Shown here one piece after another: positions 25,930-33,397 of a DNA stretch of 36,516 bases (its first letter is position 1; each line of letters starts with the position of its first letter). The stretch lies in contig JAAYTV010000504.1 in assembly GCA_012523655.1 (NCBI GenBank), positions 1-36,516 of the forward strand, written 5' to 3'. The DNA comes from a bacterium. GTDB lineage: Bacteria; Zhuqueibacterota; Zhuqueibacteria; Residuimicrobiales; Residuimicrobiaceae. The notes under the pieces are model-generated. The model did not search any database, was not told where the DNA came from, and was given only the letters and a program-made list of their open reading frames with translations. The translations under genes were made by a program, and so were the position numbers.

Positions 25930-28821
25930 TCAAAATCCCAACGCCACGCCCACCCGCACCTCGCGCGGCGGGCTGTAATAGGTCGGACGCGACAAATAGT
26001 CCGACAGATAATGGCGGGCGAATTCTCCGCCGTGATCCGCCGTATAGGTGGGTATCAGCGAATAAGTCGCCCGGCCGGTATCAGAATAGACATAGTCCTC
26101 GTTCATGCGATCGAACAGGTTGTAGATTTTCAGCAACAGCGAGGTCCTGATGTGGCCGATATAAAAATCCTTGTGCGCATTGATGTCAAACGAATATTGC
26201 ATGGGTTTGCGCTCGCTGTTCTCATAGTCGGTGCGCATGCCCTGGAGATCCGGCGTGTAGGGCAATCCCGAACCCACATGTCCCAGCAAGCTGAGGCACC
26301 AGTCGCGCGGCTTGCTCAGGGTGACGCTGAGGTTCAGAGTGTGCCGCTGATCCCAGTCCACGGGCACGACAAACCGTTGACTCTCACGCGGCGGATCGCT
26401 CTGGGCATCCTCAAAAGCCGCTGTGGGCGAGGAGGCGTTGGATTCGGAAATCTGATACGTATAATCCATGGCAGCGGAGAGCAGGCCGCGGCCGCGCCGT
26501 TTCTCCAGAGAAAAGGTGATGCCCTGCACATTGCCGTAATCCTGATTGGCATAGCGGCCATAATAATCGCCGCGGGAATAGAGCTCGAACAACTCAGATC
26601 CGAGCAGATCGTTGACGTCTTTATAGAAACAGATGGCCTCCACGCCCACGTCCTCCGCCACCTGCTGTTTCAGGCCGATCTCGTAGGTGACAGTCGATTG
26701 CGGATTCAGATTGGCGTTGCCGAGAATGCTGTTAAAGCGGCCGCTGATCACCTCAAATTCCGGATTGGCGTACAGATAGGCAAAGGGCGGAATCTGGAAA
26801 AAATGGCCGTAGGAAAAATAGATGGTGCCGCGGTCCGTAATCGGATAGGCGATGCCGAGGCGGGGGCTCCACTGCTGCTTGGCCTCCACGTCGACCAGCC
26901 GCAAATCATCGAGCGAGGTACGGCTGGCGGAAATCAGCATTTTGTCTCGGTTGTCCGCCGCCACTTTCCAATTGGAATGGAAATAGTCATAGCGCAAACC
27001 AAGATTGACGATCATGTCCTTGAGCTCGATTTTATCCTGGAGATATCCGGAGAACTCGAACGGTTTGCGATGATCGTAGCGGTTATGGCCGGTGCTGGTC
27101 TCCGGTGTGTGAATGGTCGGCACCCAATCGTAGGTGTCGCGAATGTCCACGGTGTAGGCCAGGGAGGAGAGATCGTGTTGGCGCAGTTCCGCACCCAGCT
27201 TGAACTGATGGGTCCGGTTCCACTGATTGGTCAGGTCAAAACGGCCGACGTAGGTCAGATACCGCGAACGGCTGTAGCTCTTGTCCTGGCCGCCGCCGTA
27301 AAATTCGCGGCCCGGGATTTGGGTCAGAATGTTCGGCAGATAGCGCGCATCCTGCCAATCCTCATAGAGGTACTCTTTGTCGATGTTGGCATTGGCATTG
27401 ACCTTCAGGGTATAAAACGTGGCGGCGGAGAGGGAATGAGTCCAATCCAGGGTGTGAGAAAAGGCCCGGCCATAGTGAGTGGGCCGGCCATCCGGATTGT
27501 ACTTGAAGGTATGATCATACGTTTGATTTTTCACATTCGAATAGAGCAGACCGTAGCGGAGGATCATATTGCTGTTGAACCGGTAGGTCAGTTTGGTCTG
27601 CAGAGATAATTTCCGATAGGGGTTCATGGCCGCCAGGCTGTTGTCGCCGCTGAAACCGTTGTCGCGCCGACCATTCAGATTGTAATCGGTAAACGCTTCG
27701 CCTTCGTCATAGGCGCCGTTGCGGTTGTCGTCATAATAGGGTTCGACAAAATTCAACCGGCCGGTGTTCCAGATGCCATCGCCATTTGTGTCTGTAAAGG
27801 ACTCGTCGCTGTCCCAACGCCCGTTCGCGTTGGCGTCGGTGAACGGTTCAGTGTTGTAGGGGCTGTTGACCAGGCTGAGCACCGCGGTGGAATCGACATA
27901 GACGACATCATTGGGTGAATGCTCGCGACGACCATACAACCACCCCTGACTGTCGAACCAACGGCCGGAAGCGAAAAAGGTCAGTTTTTTGGAAATGCCG
28001 GGAATCGGACCGGAGAGGGAAAGATCCGCGTTCATCAGGCTCGCGGGGTTGATCTTTTCAATATTGAGAAAAGTGCTTTTATGGGACGATACCTTATCGC
28101 CGAGATAGAACTCGGCGTTGCCGCTGTATTTTTCACCGCCGTCCTTGGTGACGATGTTCACCAGACCCGACATGGCCTGGCCGTATTCTGCGTTGAATGT
28201 GCCGCTGACCACCTGCAGCTCCTGAATGGCGGTATTCTCCACAGACACCGAAAGACCGCCCCACATGGGATTGGATACCGCCACACCGTCGATCATGTAG
28301 CCGATCTCGCTGGCGCGGCCGCCACGGATGTGCAGAGCGCCGTTGGCCCCTTCGGTGATGCCGGCTTTGGTCTTGAGCACATCGGTGAAGGATTCCACCG
28401 GCATCTCCTTGATCTCCTCTGTGGTGACGATCGCGCGGCCGGAGGTCACATCCTTTTGCACCATCGGCCGTTCAGCGACCACGGTGATTTCGTTGCCGAT
28501 ATCCAGAACCGTGGAGGACAGGTTGAAATCGATGGTGGTCGTGTGATCGGTCTGCACCAACACTTCTCGCTGGATCACCGGCGTGTAGCCCATCATGGCG
28601 GCGCGCAGGTTATACCGGCCCGGCGGCACATTGATGATGAAATAATCGCCGTCCAGACTGGTGACCGCGCCCATGCTGGTGCCTTCCAGGATCAGGTTGA
28701 CGCCGGGCAGCGGTTCTTTGTTACCCGCGTCCTTGACCACGCCGGCGATCTTGCCGGTGGTGCCGGCCCACAGAAGCGCAGGCAGGCAAAGAAAAAACAG
28801 TGTTCTCTTGAAGCTGACCAT
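25930..28821 (-). CDS. TonB-dependent receptor with CarboxypepD_reg-like domain and an extra Ca-binding-like loop insertion (module 2)
   Basis: Paralogue of 18388-21261. Shared blocks: WAGTTGKIAG, FNAEYGQAMSGLVNIVTK, AMNPYRK, DWDQRHTLN, YNLFDRMNEDYVYSDTGRATYSLIP. Ends VGVALGF. Start set at ATG 28821 (MVSFKRTLFF...; GAGG 6 nt upstream). ATG 28833 (MRLLMVSF...) is possible. The ORF-track start at 29007 runs into the repeat array and is rejected. Confidence 0.9.
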   Translation of the reverse strand: MVSFKRTLFFLCLPALLWAGTTGKIAGVVKDAGNKEPLPGVNLILEGTSMGAVTSLDGDYFIINVPPGRYNLRAAMMGYTPVIQREVLVQTDHTTTIDFNLSSTVLDIGNEITVVAERPMVQKDVTSGRAIVTTEEIKEMPVESFTDVLKTKAGITEGANGALHIRGGRASEIGYMIDGVAVSNPMWGGLSVSVENTAIQELQVVSGTFNAEYGQAMSGLVNIVTKDGGEKYSGNAEFYLGDKVSSHKSTFLNIEKINPASLMNADLSLSGPIPGISKKLTFFASGRWFDSQGWLYGRREHSPNDVVYVDSTAVLSLVNSPYNTEPFTDANANGRWDSDESFTDTNGDGIWNTGRLNFVEPYYDDNRNGAYDEGEAFTDYNLNGRRDNGFSGDNSLAAMNPYRKLSLQTKLTYRFNSNMILRYGLLYSNVKNQTYDHTFKYNPDGRPTHYGRAFSHTLDWTHSLSAATFYTLKVNANANIDKEYLYEDWQDARYLPNILTQIPGREFYGGGQDKSYSRSRYLTYVGRFDLTNQWNRTHQFKLGAELRQHDLSSLAYTVDIRDTYDWVPTIHTPETSTGHNRYDHRKPFEFSGYLQDKIELKDMIVNLGLRYDYFHSNWKVAADNRDKMLISASRTSLDDLRLVDVEAKQQWSPRLGIAYPITDRGTIYFSYGHFFQIPPFAYLYANPEFEVISGRFNSILGNANLNPQSTVTYEIGLKQQVAEDVGVEAICFYKDVNDLLGSELFELYSRGDYYGRYANQDYGNVQGITFSLEKRRGRGLLSAAMDYTYQISESNASSPTAAFEDAQSDPPRESQRFVVPVDWDQRHTLNLSVTLSKPRDWCLSLLGHVGSGLPYTPDLQGMRTDYENSERKPMQYSFDINAHKDFYIGHIRTSLLLKIYNLFDRMNEDYVYSDTGRATYSLIPTYTADHGGEFARHYLSDYLSRPTYYSPPREVRVGVALGF

Positions 28822-28852
28822 GAGTAACCTCATGTGAAAATGAAATAGGTGA

Positions 28853-28881
28853 AACCTATTCGTTGTTAGTAAATAAAGCAA
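28853..28881 (-). promoter_or_regulatory. sigma70-like promoter candidate for module 2
   Basis: Minus strand: TTGCTT (28881-28876), 17-nt spacer, TAGGTT (28858-28853), about 25-35 nt upstream of the receptor start. Confidence 0.25.
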
Positions 28882-28955
28882 GCATCTTGGCCGTTGCTGT
28901 GTCGCATGCGATAGCCAAGGGCGAGGGATCCAGCGTCGCACAGAGCCTTCCCATT

Positions 28956-29029
28956 TGTCATTCTGAGCCCGCAACCCTGTATTGCAACAATCCCGATGCC
29001 GTTGCAAAGGGCGAAGAATCTAGCGTCGC
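28956..29029. repeat. repeat unit A, copy A1 (74 nt; variant with perfect internal hairpin)
   Basis: tgtcattctgagcccgcaaccctgtattGcaacaatCccgatgccgtTgcAaagggcgaagaatctagcgtcgc. A degenerate half-copy (A0) lies at 28914-28945. An 18-nt unit C (ttcacactttcgcttttt) follows at 29037-29054. Confidence 0.85.
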
Positions 29030-29080
29030 GCGAAGCTTCACACTTTCGCTTTTTCCGTTCGTCGCCGATTCCCTTCCTTT

Positions 29081-29259
29081 TGTCCTTCTGAGCCCGCAAC
29101 CCTGTATTCCAACAATACCGATGCCGTCGCGAAGGGCGAAGAATCCAGCGTCGCACAGAACCATGCCCGTTAACTTGTTCAGTTCGTCGCTAGATCCTTC
29201 GGCGCTCAGAGTCTGTGAACAGACGCTGCCGTTCACTGTTTTGCGCCTCAGGAGGACAA
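29081..29259. repeat. 179-nt direct repeat, left copy (units A2 + B1), flanking the GIY-YIG gene
   Basis: Same length as 29632-29810. By manual alignment there are about 8 mismatches over 179 nt. Unit B contains the hairpin cagaGTCTG-tgaa-CAGACgctg. Confidence 0.9.
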
Positions 29260-29285
29260 GACTGGAAATGGTTTTTTAGTTGAGC

Positions 29286-29585
29286 TTATTCTTTGTTCCA
29301 CGCATACCAATCTGCACTCAAGTCAATCCAGTGCGGATTCATGGATTCTATCAACTCGATCTTTTTGCTTCTCGTCCACCCTTTTATCTGCTTTTCACGA
29401 CCAATGGCATATCCAACATCGTCCGTGGATTGAAAATAAACTAATTTAAAAATGTTGTATCTAGAGGTAAAGCCTTTTTTCACTTTGAATTTATGCTGAT
29501 ACACTCTGCGTTCGATGTTATTAGTCATACCCACGTAAAGAGTTTTGCTGATGCTTGCCATAATGTAAACATAGTAGGTTTTCAT
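29286..29585 (-). CDS. GIY-YIG nuclease family protein (small stand-alone URI-domain protein, COG2827-like)
   Basis: 99 aa. GIY-YIG hallmarks: YYVYIMAS...TLYVGMTNNIERRVYQH...GREKQIKGW. The ORF is visibly AT-rich compared with everything around it. Confidence 0.85.
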   Translation of the reverse strand: MKTYYVYIMASISKTLYVGMTNNIERRVYQHKFKVKKGFTSRYNIFKLVYFQSTDDVGYAIGREKQIKGWTRSKKIELIESMNPHWIDLSADWYAWNKE

Positions 29586-29596
29586 GAGCGCTCGAG

Positions 29597-29606
29597 ATTA
29601 ATAGCA
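29597..29606 (-). promoter_or_regulatory. extended -10 element candidate for the GIY-YIG gene
   Basis: The minus strand reads TGCTATTAAT, ending 11 nt upstream of ATG 29585. There is no SD and no clear -35. This would give a near-leaderless transcript. Confidence 0.25.
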
Positions 29607-29631
29607 ATCACCCAACAAGCATTTTCCCTTT

Positions 29632-29810
29632 TGTCATTCTGAGCCCGCAACCCTGTATTCCAACAATACCGATGCCGTCGCGAAGGGCGAAGAATCTAGC
29701 GTCGCGCGGAACCATGCCCGTTTACTTGTTCAGTTCGTCGCTAGATCCTTCGGCGCTCAGAGTCTGTGAACAGACGCTGCATTCCACTGTTTTGCGCCTC
29801 AGGAGGACAA
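29632..29810. repeat. 179-nt direct repeat, right copy (units A3 + B2)
   Basis: See 29081-29259. It starts 46 nt beyond the GIY-YIG start codon. Confidence 0.9.
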
Positions 29811-29820
29811 CATTACAGGT

Positions 29821-29894
29821 TGTCATTCTGAGCCCGCAACCCTGTATTCCAACAATACCGATGCCGTCGCGAAGGGCGAAGAATCTAGCGTCGC
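29821..29894. repeat. repeat unit A, copy A4
   Basis: Near-identical to A3. It is followed by unit C (29902-29919), as A1 is. Confidence 0.85.
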
Positions 29895-29924
29895 ACAGAG
29901 TTTCACACTTTCGCTTTTTACATG

Positions 29925-29999
29925 CGTCGCTAGATCCTTCGGCGCTCAGAGTCTGCGAACAGACGCTGCAATCCACTGTTTTACGCCTTGAGATGACAA
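29925..29999. repeat. repeat unit B, 5'-truncated diverged copy B3
   Basis: cgtcgctagatccttcggcgctcagagtctgCgaacagacgctgcaAtccactgttttAcgccttgagAtgacaa aligns to the 3' 75 nt of B1/B2. Confidence 0.8.
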
Positions 30000-30037
30000 C
30001 GTTGGAGCAAGGAGTCACAACAAAAAATACCGCCAGC

Positions 30038-30069
30038 CAATAAATAAACAAAAGCCCATGGACTGGGCT
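30038..30069 (-). terminator. rho-independent terminator (second of two) downstream of the FG-GAP gene
   Basis: Minus strand: AGCCCA-gtcca-TGGGCT followed by TTTTGTTTATTTATT. Confidence 0.55.
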
Positions 30070-30185
30070 GCACAGAAAATCGGAAAAATCAGGCAAACAC
30101 GCCGTTCCGGTGTCTTTGCATGAATCCTCCGTCATTGAGACGCCGGGCTTGGCCCACCCTGCGCGCTCGAACGCCGAATGAGAAA

Positions 30186-30212
30186 GGCGGGGCGGTACAT
30201 GCCCGCCCCGCC
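30186..30212 (-). terminator. GC-rich terminator hairpin immediately downstream of the FG-GAP gene
   Basis: GGCGGGGCGG / CCGCCCCGCC, a perfect 10-bp stem with a 7-nt loop, 15 nt after the stop codon. The minus strand continues TTTCTCATT. Confidence 0.55.
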
Positions 30213-30226
30213 GAATCCATCATACC

Positions 30227-33200
30227 TTATTTCATCAACGTCATGCGTTGCACTTGTTTGAAATTGCCATACTCCAGGGTGTACAGATACATGCCGGAAG
30301 CAACAGCTCTGCCGGCGTTGTCCATGCCGTCCCAGACGATCCGGTGCGTGCCGGCGGGCATCTGCGCATTCACCAGCGTGCGTACTACCTGGCCCATGGT
30401 GTTGTACACGCACACCTTGATCTGCTTATTCACAGGCAAGGTGTACTCGATGGTGGTAGTGGCATTGAACGGGTTGGGATACGCCAGAGCCAGTTTGTAC
30501 TCATCCGGCGTGATCACCCGCCACTGATTCAGTTTAACGCCGGTTGTAGTCGGCTCCATGACAAACAGCCAGGCGCCGGACCAATAGGACTGCAGCGCGC
30601 TGAAGACCAGCTCTTTGATGCCGTCCTGATCGATGTCATTGGCGATCTTGATGCCGAAGGAGCCATGAATCTGACTGATGTTATTGTCATTCCATTCGGT
30701 CAGCGCCTTTTTGAACACAGTGGAATCGCCGAAATCCGCGAACTTGGGTTTATAGACATACGAGTTGTCATAGAACCCTTCCGAGGTGATCCAGTTCGCC
30801 GGATTGGTGATATCGCCGGCATCGTTGTAGGCCAGCGCATTGACCTGACCGCGGGCGTAATTGGTGAAGAAAAGCTCGGCTTTGCCGTCGCCATTCAAAT
30901 CACCCAACGCGTTGTTGAACGGCGCGCCGCCGGAGGCTTCGCGGATGCGGGCAACGTGGCTGTTGTTCATGGGATCGATGTCCATGATGGAGCCGTCCGG
31001 TGCATTCAACAACAGCACGCGGCCGCTGGTGGTATTGTACAGGGAGCCCATCAACTCGTCTTTGCCGTCTTTATCCACATCGTAAACACCGACAGAAACA
31101 TAAAACACACCGTCGTCAGTAGAGGTCTCGTATCTATCCATGGCTAGAGTCCGCCACATGAAGGAGTCCGGTTTCACCGATTGCGCCAGGATGATCTTGC
31201 CCTTATCCCAGGGCAGAAAAACCGCTTCTTTAGTACCGTCGCCGTTCAGATCAGCCGCTGTAGCGCCCACTGGTGAGCCGGCCCAACCATTGGCGGTGCC
31301 GCGAATATTCGTTCCTTCTGTCTTGAAGACCGGGAAGCCGCTTTCCAGCGTACCGTCGACGCAGGATAAAATGACAAAAGCGTCGTTGGTGTTGGGCGTG
31401 CCGTCATTGGCCAGCAACAGTTCCACCATGCCGTCGTTGTCCACGTCCGCGGCAGCGATGGTTTCTGTGCGGTTGCCGTCGGTGAGCGCCGGATTGATCT
31501 GGTTCAGCGGTAGAATGAATGTCGGGCCGCCGCCGATGGCGCCAAAACCGTTATCCTGTCCGTTCCATTCAAAGAACCAGATGCCCAGGCTGTCAGCGTG
31601 GGCAGCGGTGGAGCCCATGAAAGCGATGATCTCTTCTTTGCCGTTGCGATCCACATCCGCCACGGTGACGCTGCGGGGATTCGAACCGCCGGAGGCAGCT
31701 GCACAGACTTTTTTCGCCGTCGAGTCCACCCAAACCAGTTCAAGGGCGTTGTCGCCGACCACTTCGTACATTACCAATCTGCCTGAGTATTGGGTGGCGA
31801 TGAGTTCTTTCTTGCCGTCCTTGTCGACATCGCTGCCGGCGGCAAACCCGCGCGGATTGCCTTTGATGGCATCCGCCGGATCGACCGTTTGCGAGGGATC
31901 ATTCCACACGACCTTGACGCCAAAGTTAGGCAGCGGTTCATGTTCGAAATATTGAACCAATTCCGGGCTTTCCTCGGACGCGGAGCAGGCGACGATTTCA
32001 CGCCGACCGTCGCGGTCGAAATCACCGACGCCGACGGCGAAAAAGTAATCACCGCTGGCGATCTGGTGCACCGCCCAATTGGCCGGGTCAGTGACGTCGC
32101 CGCCCTCGCCGCCAGTGTATTCGATGTCGTACAAACCCGAATCCGCCGCACAATAGATATCACGTCCGTCGTTGCCGGATCCGGTCCAATCCTGATCGCC
32201 CAACGCAATGCCGTAAATCGAATAGGGCAGCGTAGTGATTAAATGGGCGCAGGTAGAGTCCATCAGGGCGATCTCTCCGGGATTAGTGATAATAAACACT
32301 TCGCCCGACACGTTGGTGGCATATACCAATTCGGTAAACCCATCGCCGTTGAAATCATAGATGCCCATGTCGTGACGCGAAGCGTTATCGGTCGCTGGGG
32401 TGAAATTGAAATGATGGTGCACTTTGTAAGAATCCGGAGCCGTGTTCTCCAACACGAACAGGCCGGCATAGTCGTATTCGCCGAAATAGATGTCGGTCAG
32501 ACCGTCGTTGTCGGCATCGCCGGTGGTAATCCCGTAGGGAGTGCCACCGAAACCGGTTACCTTGAACTCTTCGCGAAAATCGGGAAAAGTTAGATCGCCG
32601 CTGTACTCTTGCAGAATCAACCCGGCACGGGTGCCGGCGGTGCCGGTGGCGTTGTAGGGCCGCATCAACACCATCAGCTCATTCTTGCCGTCTTTGTCCA
32701 CATCCGCCACTTTGGCGGTAAAGGCGCGTGCCCAGCCGGTGCCGGCGGTCAGATCATACGCAAGGGTTGGAGCAGGCGGCAAGGGATACCCGTTGATGGA
32801 TTTGTCCACTTCAAAAAAGAGCAAACTAGGTGCGCCCACCACGCCCGGACGCATGCAAGTAATGATTTCAATGTTGCCGTCGTTATCCGTATCGCCGTAG
32901 GTGGCACTGTACTCTTCAACGACGTTGTCGACAAAGCTGTGCCACAACACCTTGTGGGAATCGTTGTCCTGACGCTCGAGCACATAATAATCGCAGCCGT
33001 TGCCGTTGTTGACCGCGGGGTTGTCGTTGTCGCAGGCTACGAACACCTCGTTGACGCCGTTGTCGTTCAAATCCGGCAGCACGACGATATCCCAAGCGGT
33101 ACGTCCCTGATCCGGAGCAGCCATTCCGAAGGTTTTGACGAACTTGTTTTCGCCGTTTTCAGCGGCCATCAGGGCCACTGTGCACAGCAACACGAGGATC

Positions 33201-33235
33201 AGCGGTACAATCATTTGCTTTAACGTTTGATTCAT
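30227..33235 (-). CDS. FG-GAP/VCBS-repeat protein with canonical T9SS type-A C-terminal sorting domain
   Basis: Start at ATG 33235 (MNQTLKQMIVPLILVLLCTVALMAA signal peptide) with AAGGAGGA SD. About 14 DxDxDG-type loops, e.g. GDTDNDGNIEI, ADVDKDGKNEL, GDADNDGLTDI, GDFDRDGRREI, ADVDNDGMVEL, NDIDQDGIKEL. The C-terminus YPNPFNATTTIEYTLP...VCVYNTMGQVVRTL...WDGMDNAGRAVASGMYLYTL...MTLMK is typical Por_Secre_tail. Confidence 0.9.
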   Translation of the reverse strand: MNQTLKQMIVPLILVLLCTVALMAAENGENKFVKTFGMAAPDQGRTAWDIVVLPDLNDNGVNEVFVACDNDNPAVNNGNGCDYYVLERQDNDSHKVLWHSFVDNVVEEYSATYGDTDNDGNIEIITCMRPGVVGAPSLLFFEVDKSINGYPLPPAPTLAYDLTAGTGWARAFTAKVADVDKDGKNELMVLMRPYNATGTAGTRAGLILQEYSGDLTFPDFREEFKVTGFGGTPYGITTGDADNDGLTDIYFGEYDYAGLFVLENTAPDSYKVHHHFNFTPATDNASRHDMGIYDFNGDGFTELVYATNVSGEVFIITNPGEIALMDSTCAHLITTLPYSIYGIALGDQDWTGSGNDGRDIYCAADSGLYDIEYTGGEGGDVTDPANWAVHQIASGDYFFAVGVGDFDRDGRREIVACSASEESPELVQYFEHEPLPNFGVKVVWNDPSQTVDPADAIKGNPRGFAAGSDVDKDGKKELIATQYSGRLVMYEVVGDNALELVWVDSTAKKVCAAASGGSNPRSVTVADVDRNGKEEIIAFMGSTAAHADSLGIWFFEWNGQDNGFGAIGGGPTFILPLNQINPALTDGNRTETIAAADVDNDGMVELLLANDGTPNTNDAFVILSCVDGTLESGFPVFKTEGTNIRGTANGWAGSPVGATAADLNGDGTKEAVFLPWDKGKIILAQSVKPDSFMWRTLAMDRYETSTDDGVFYVSVGVYDVDKDGKDELMGSLYNTTSGRVLLLNAPDGSIMDIDPMNNSHVARIREASGGAPFNNALGDLNGDGKAELFFTNYARGQVNALAYNDAGDITNPANWITSEGFYDNSYVYKPKFADFGDSTVFKKALTEWNDNNISQIHGSFGIKIANDIDQDGIKELVFSALQSYWSGAWLFVMEPTTTGVKLNQWRVITPDEYKLALAYPNPFNATTTIEYTLPVNKQIKVCVYNTMGQVVRTLVNAQMPAGTHRIVWDGMDNAGRAVASGMYLYTLEYGNFKQVQRMTLMK

Positions 33236-33397
33236 CGGTTCCTCCTTAAACATAAGCCAACCACCAATTCGTTAATACGTCCACCTTGTCAATGGCCGGA
33301 TATCACCTCCTCGACGGATGTTTGTCGTCTGCGAGCTTTAAATGAGGATAAAATAAAAAATAATACATACGGTTAGAAAAAGAGAACATAATTAAAA

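Noticed and set aside
26011-27609. 532-aa plus-strand ORF antisense to the module-2 TonB receptor. Also 27919-28827, and 18622-19326, 19717-20757 and 20878-21279 opposite the module-1 receptor.
   Set aside because: These are shadow ORFs of genes with clear receptor motifs on the other strand. They have no independent coding evidence.
28834-29007. N-terminal 58 residues of the ORF-track version of the module-2 receptor.
   Set aside because: It runs into repeat units A0/A1. The paralogue starts directly with the signal peptide, and ATG 28821/28833 reproduce that architecture.
28914-29999. Possible CRISPR array.
   Set aside because: The repeats are 74-100 nt, of at least three different kinds, and abut each other without unique spacers of regular size. 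No cas genes are present, so this does not fit CRISPR architecture.
28863-30135. Several 90-140-aa ORFs on both strands across the repeat array: 28863-29279, 28866-29156, 28958-29236, 29672-30043 and 29722-30135.
   Set aside because: Their 'protein' repeats (e.g. SPQPCIPTIPMPSRRAKNLAS, SSSLDPSALRVCEQTL) simply mirror the DNA repeats in whichever frame is open. They overlap each other on both strands, and none has an RBS.
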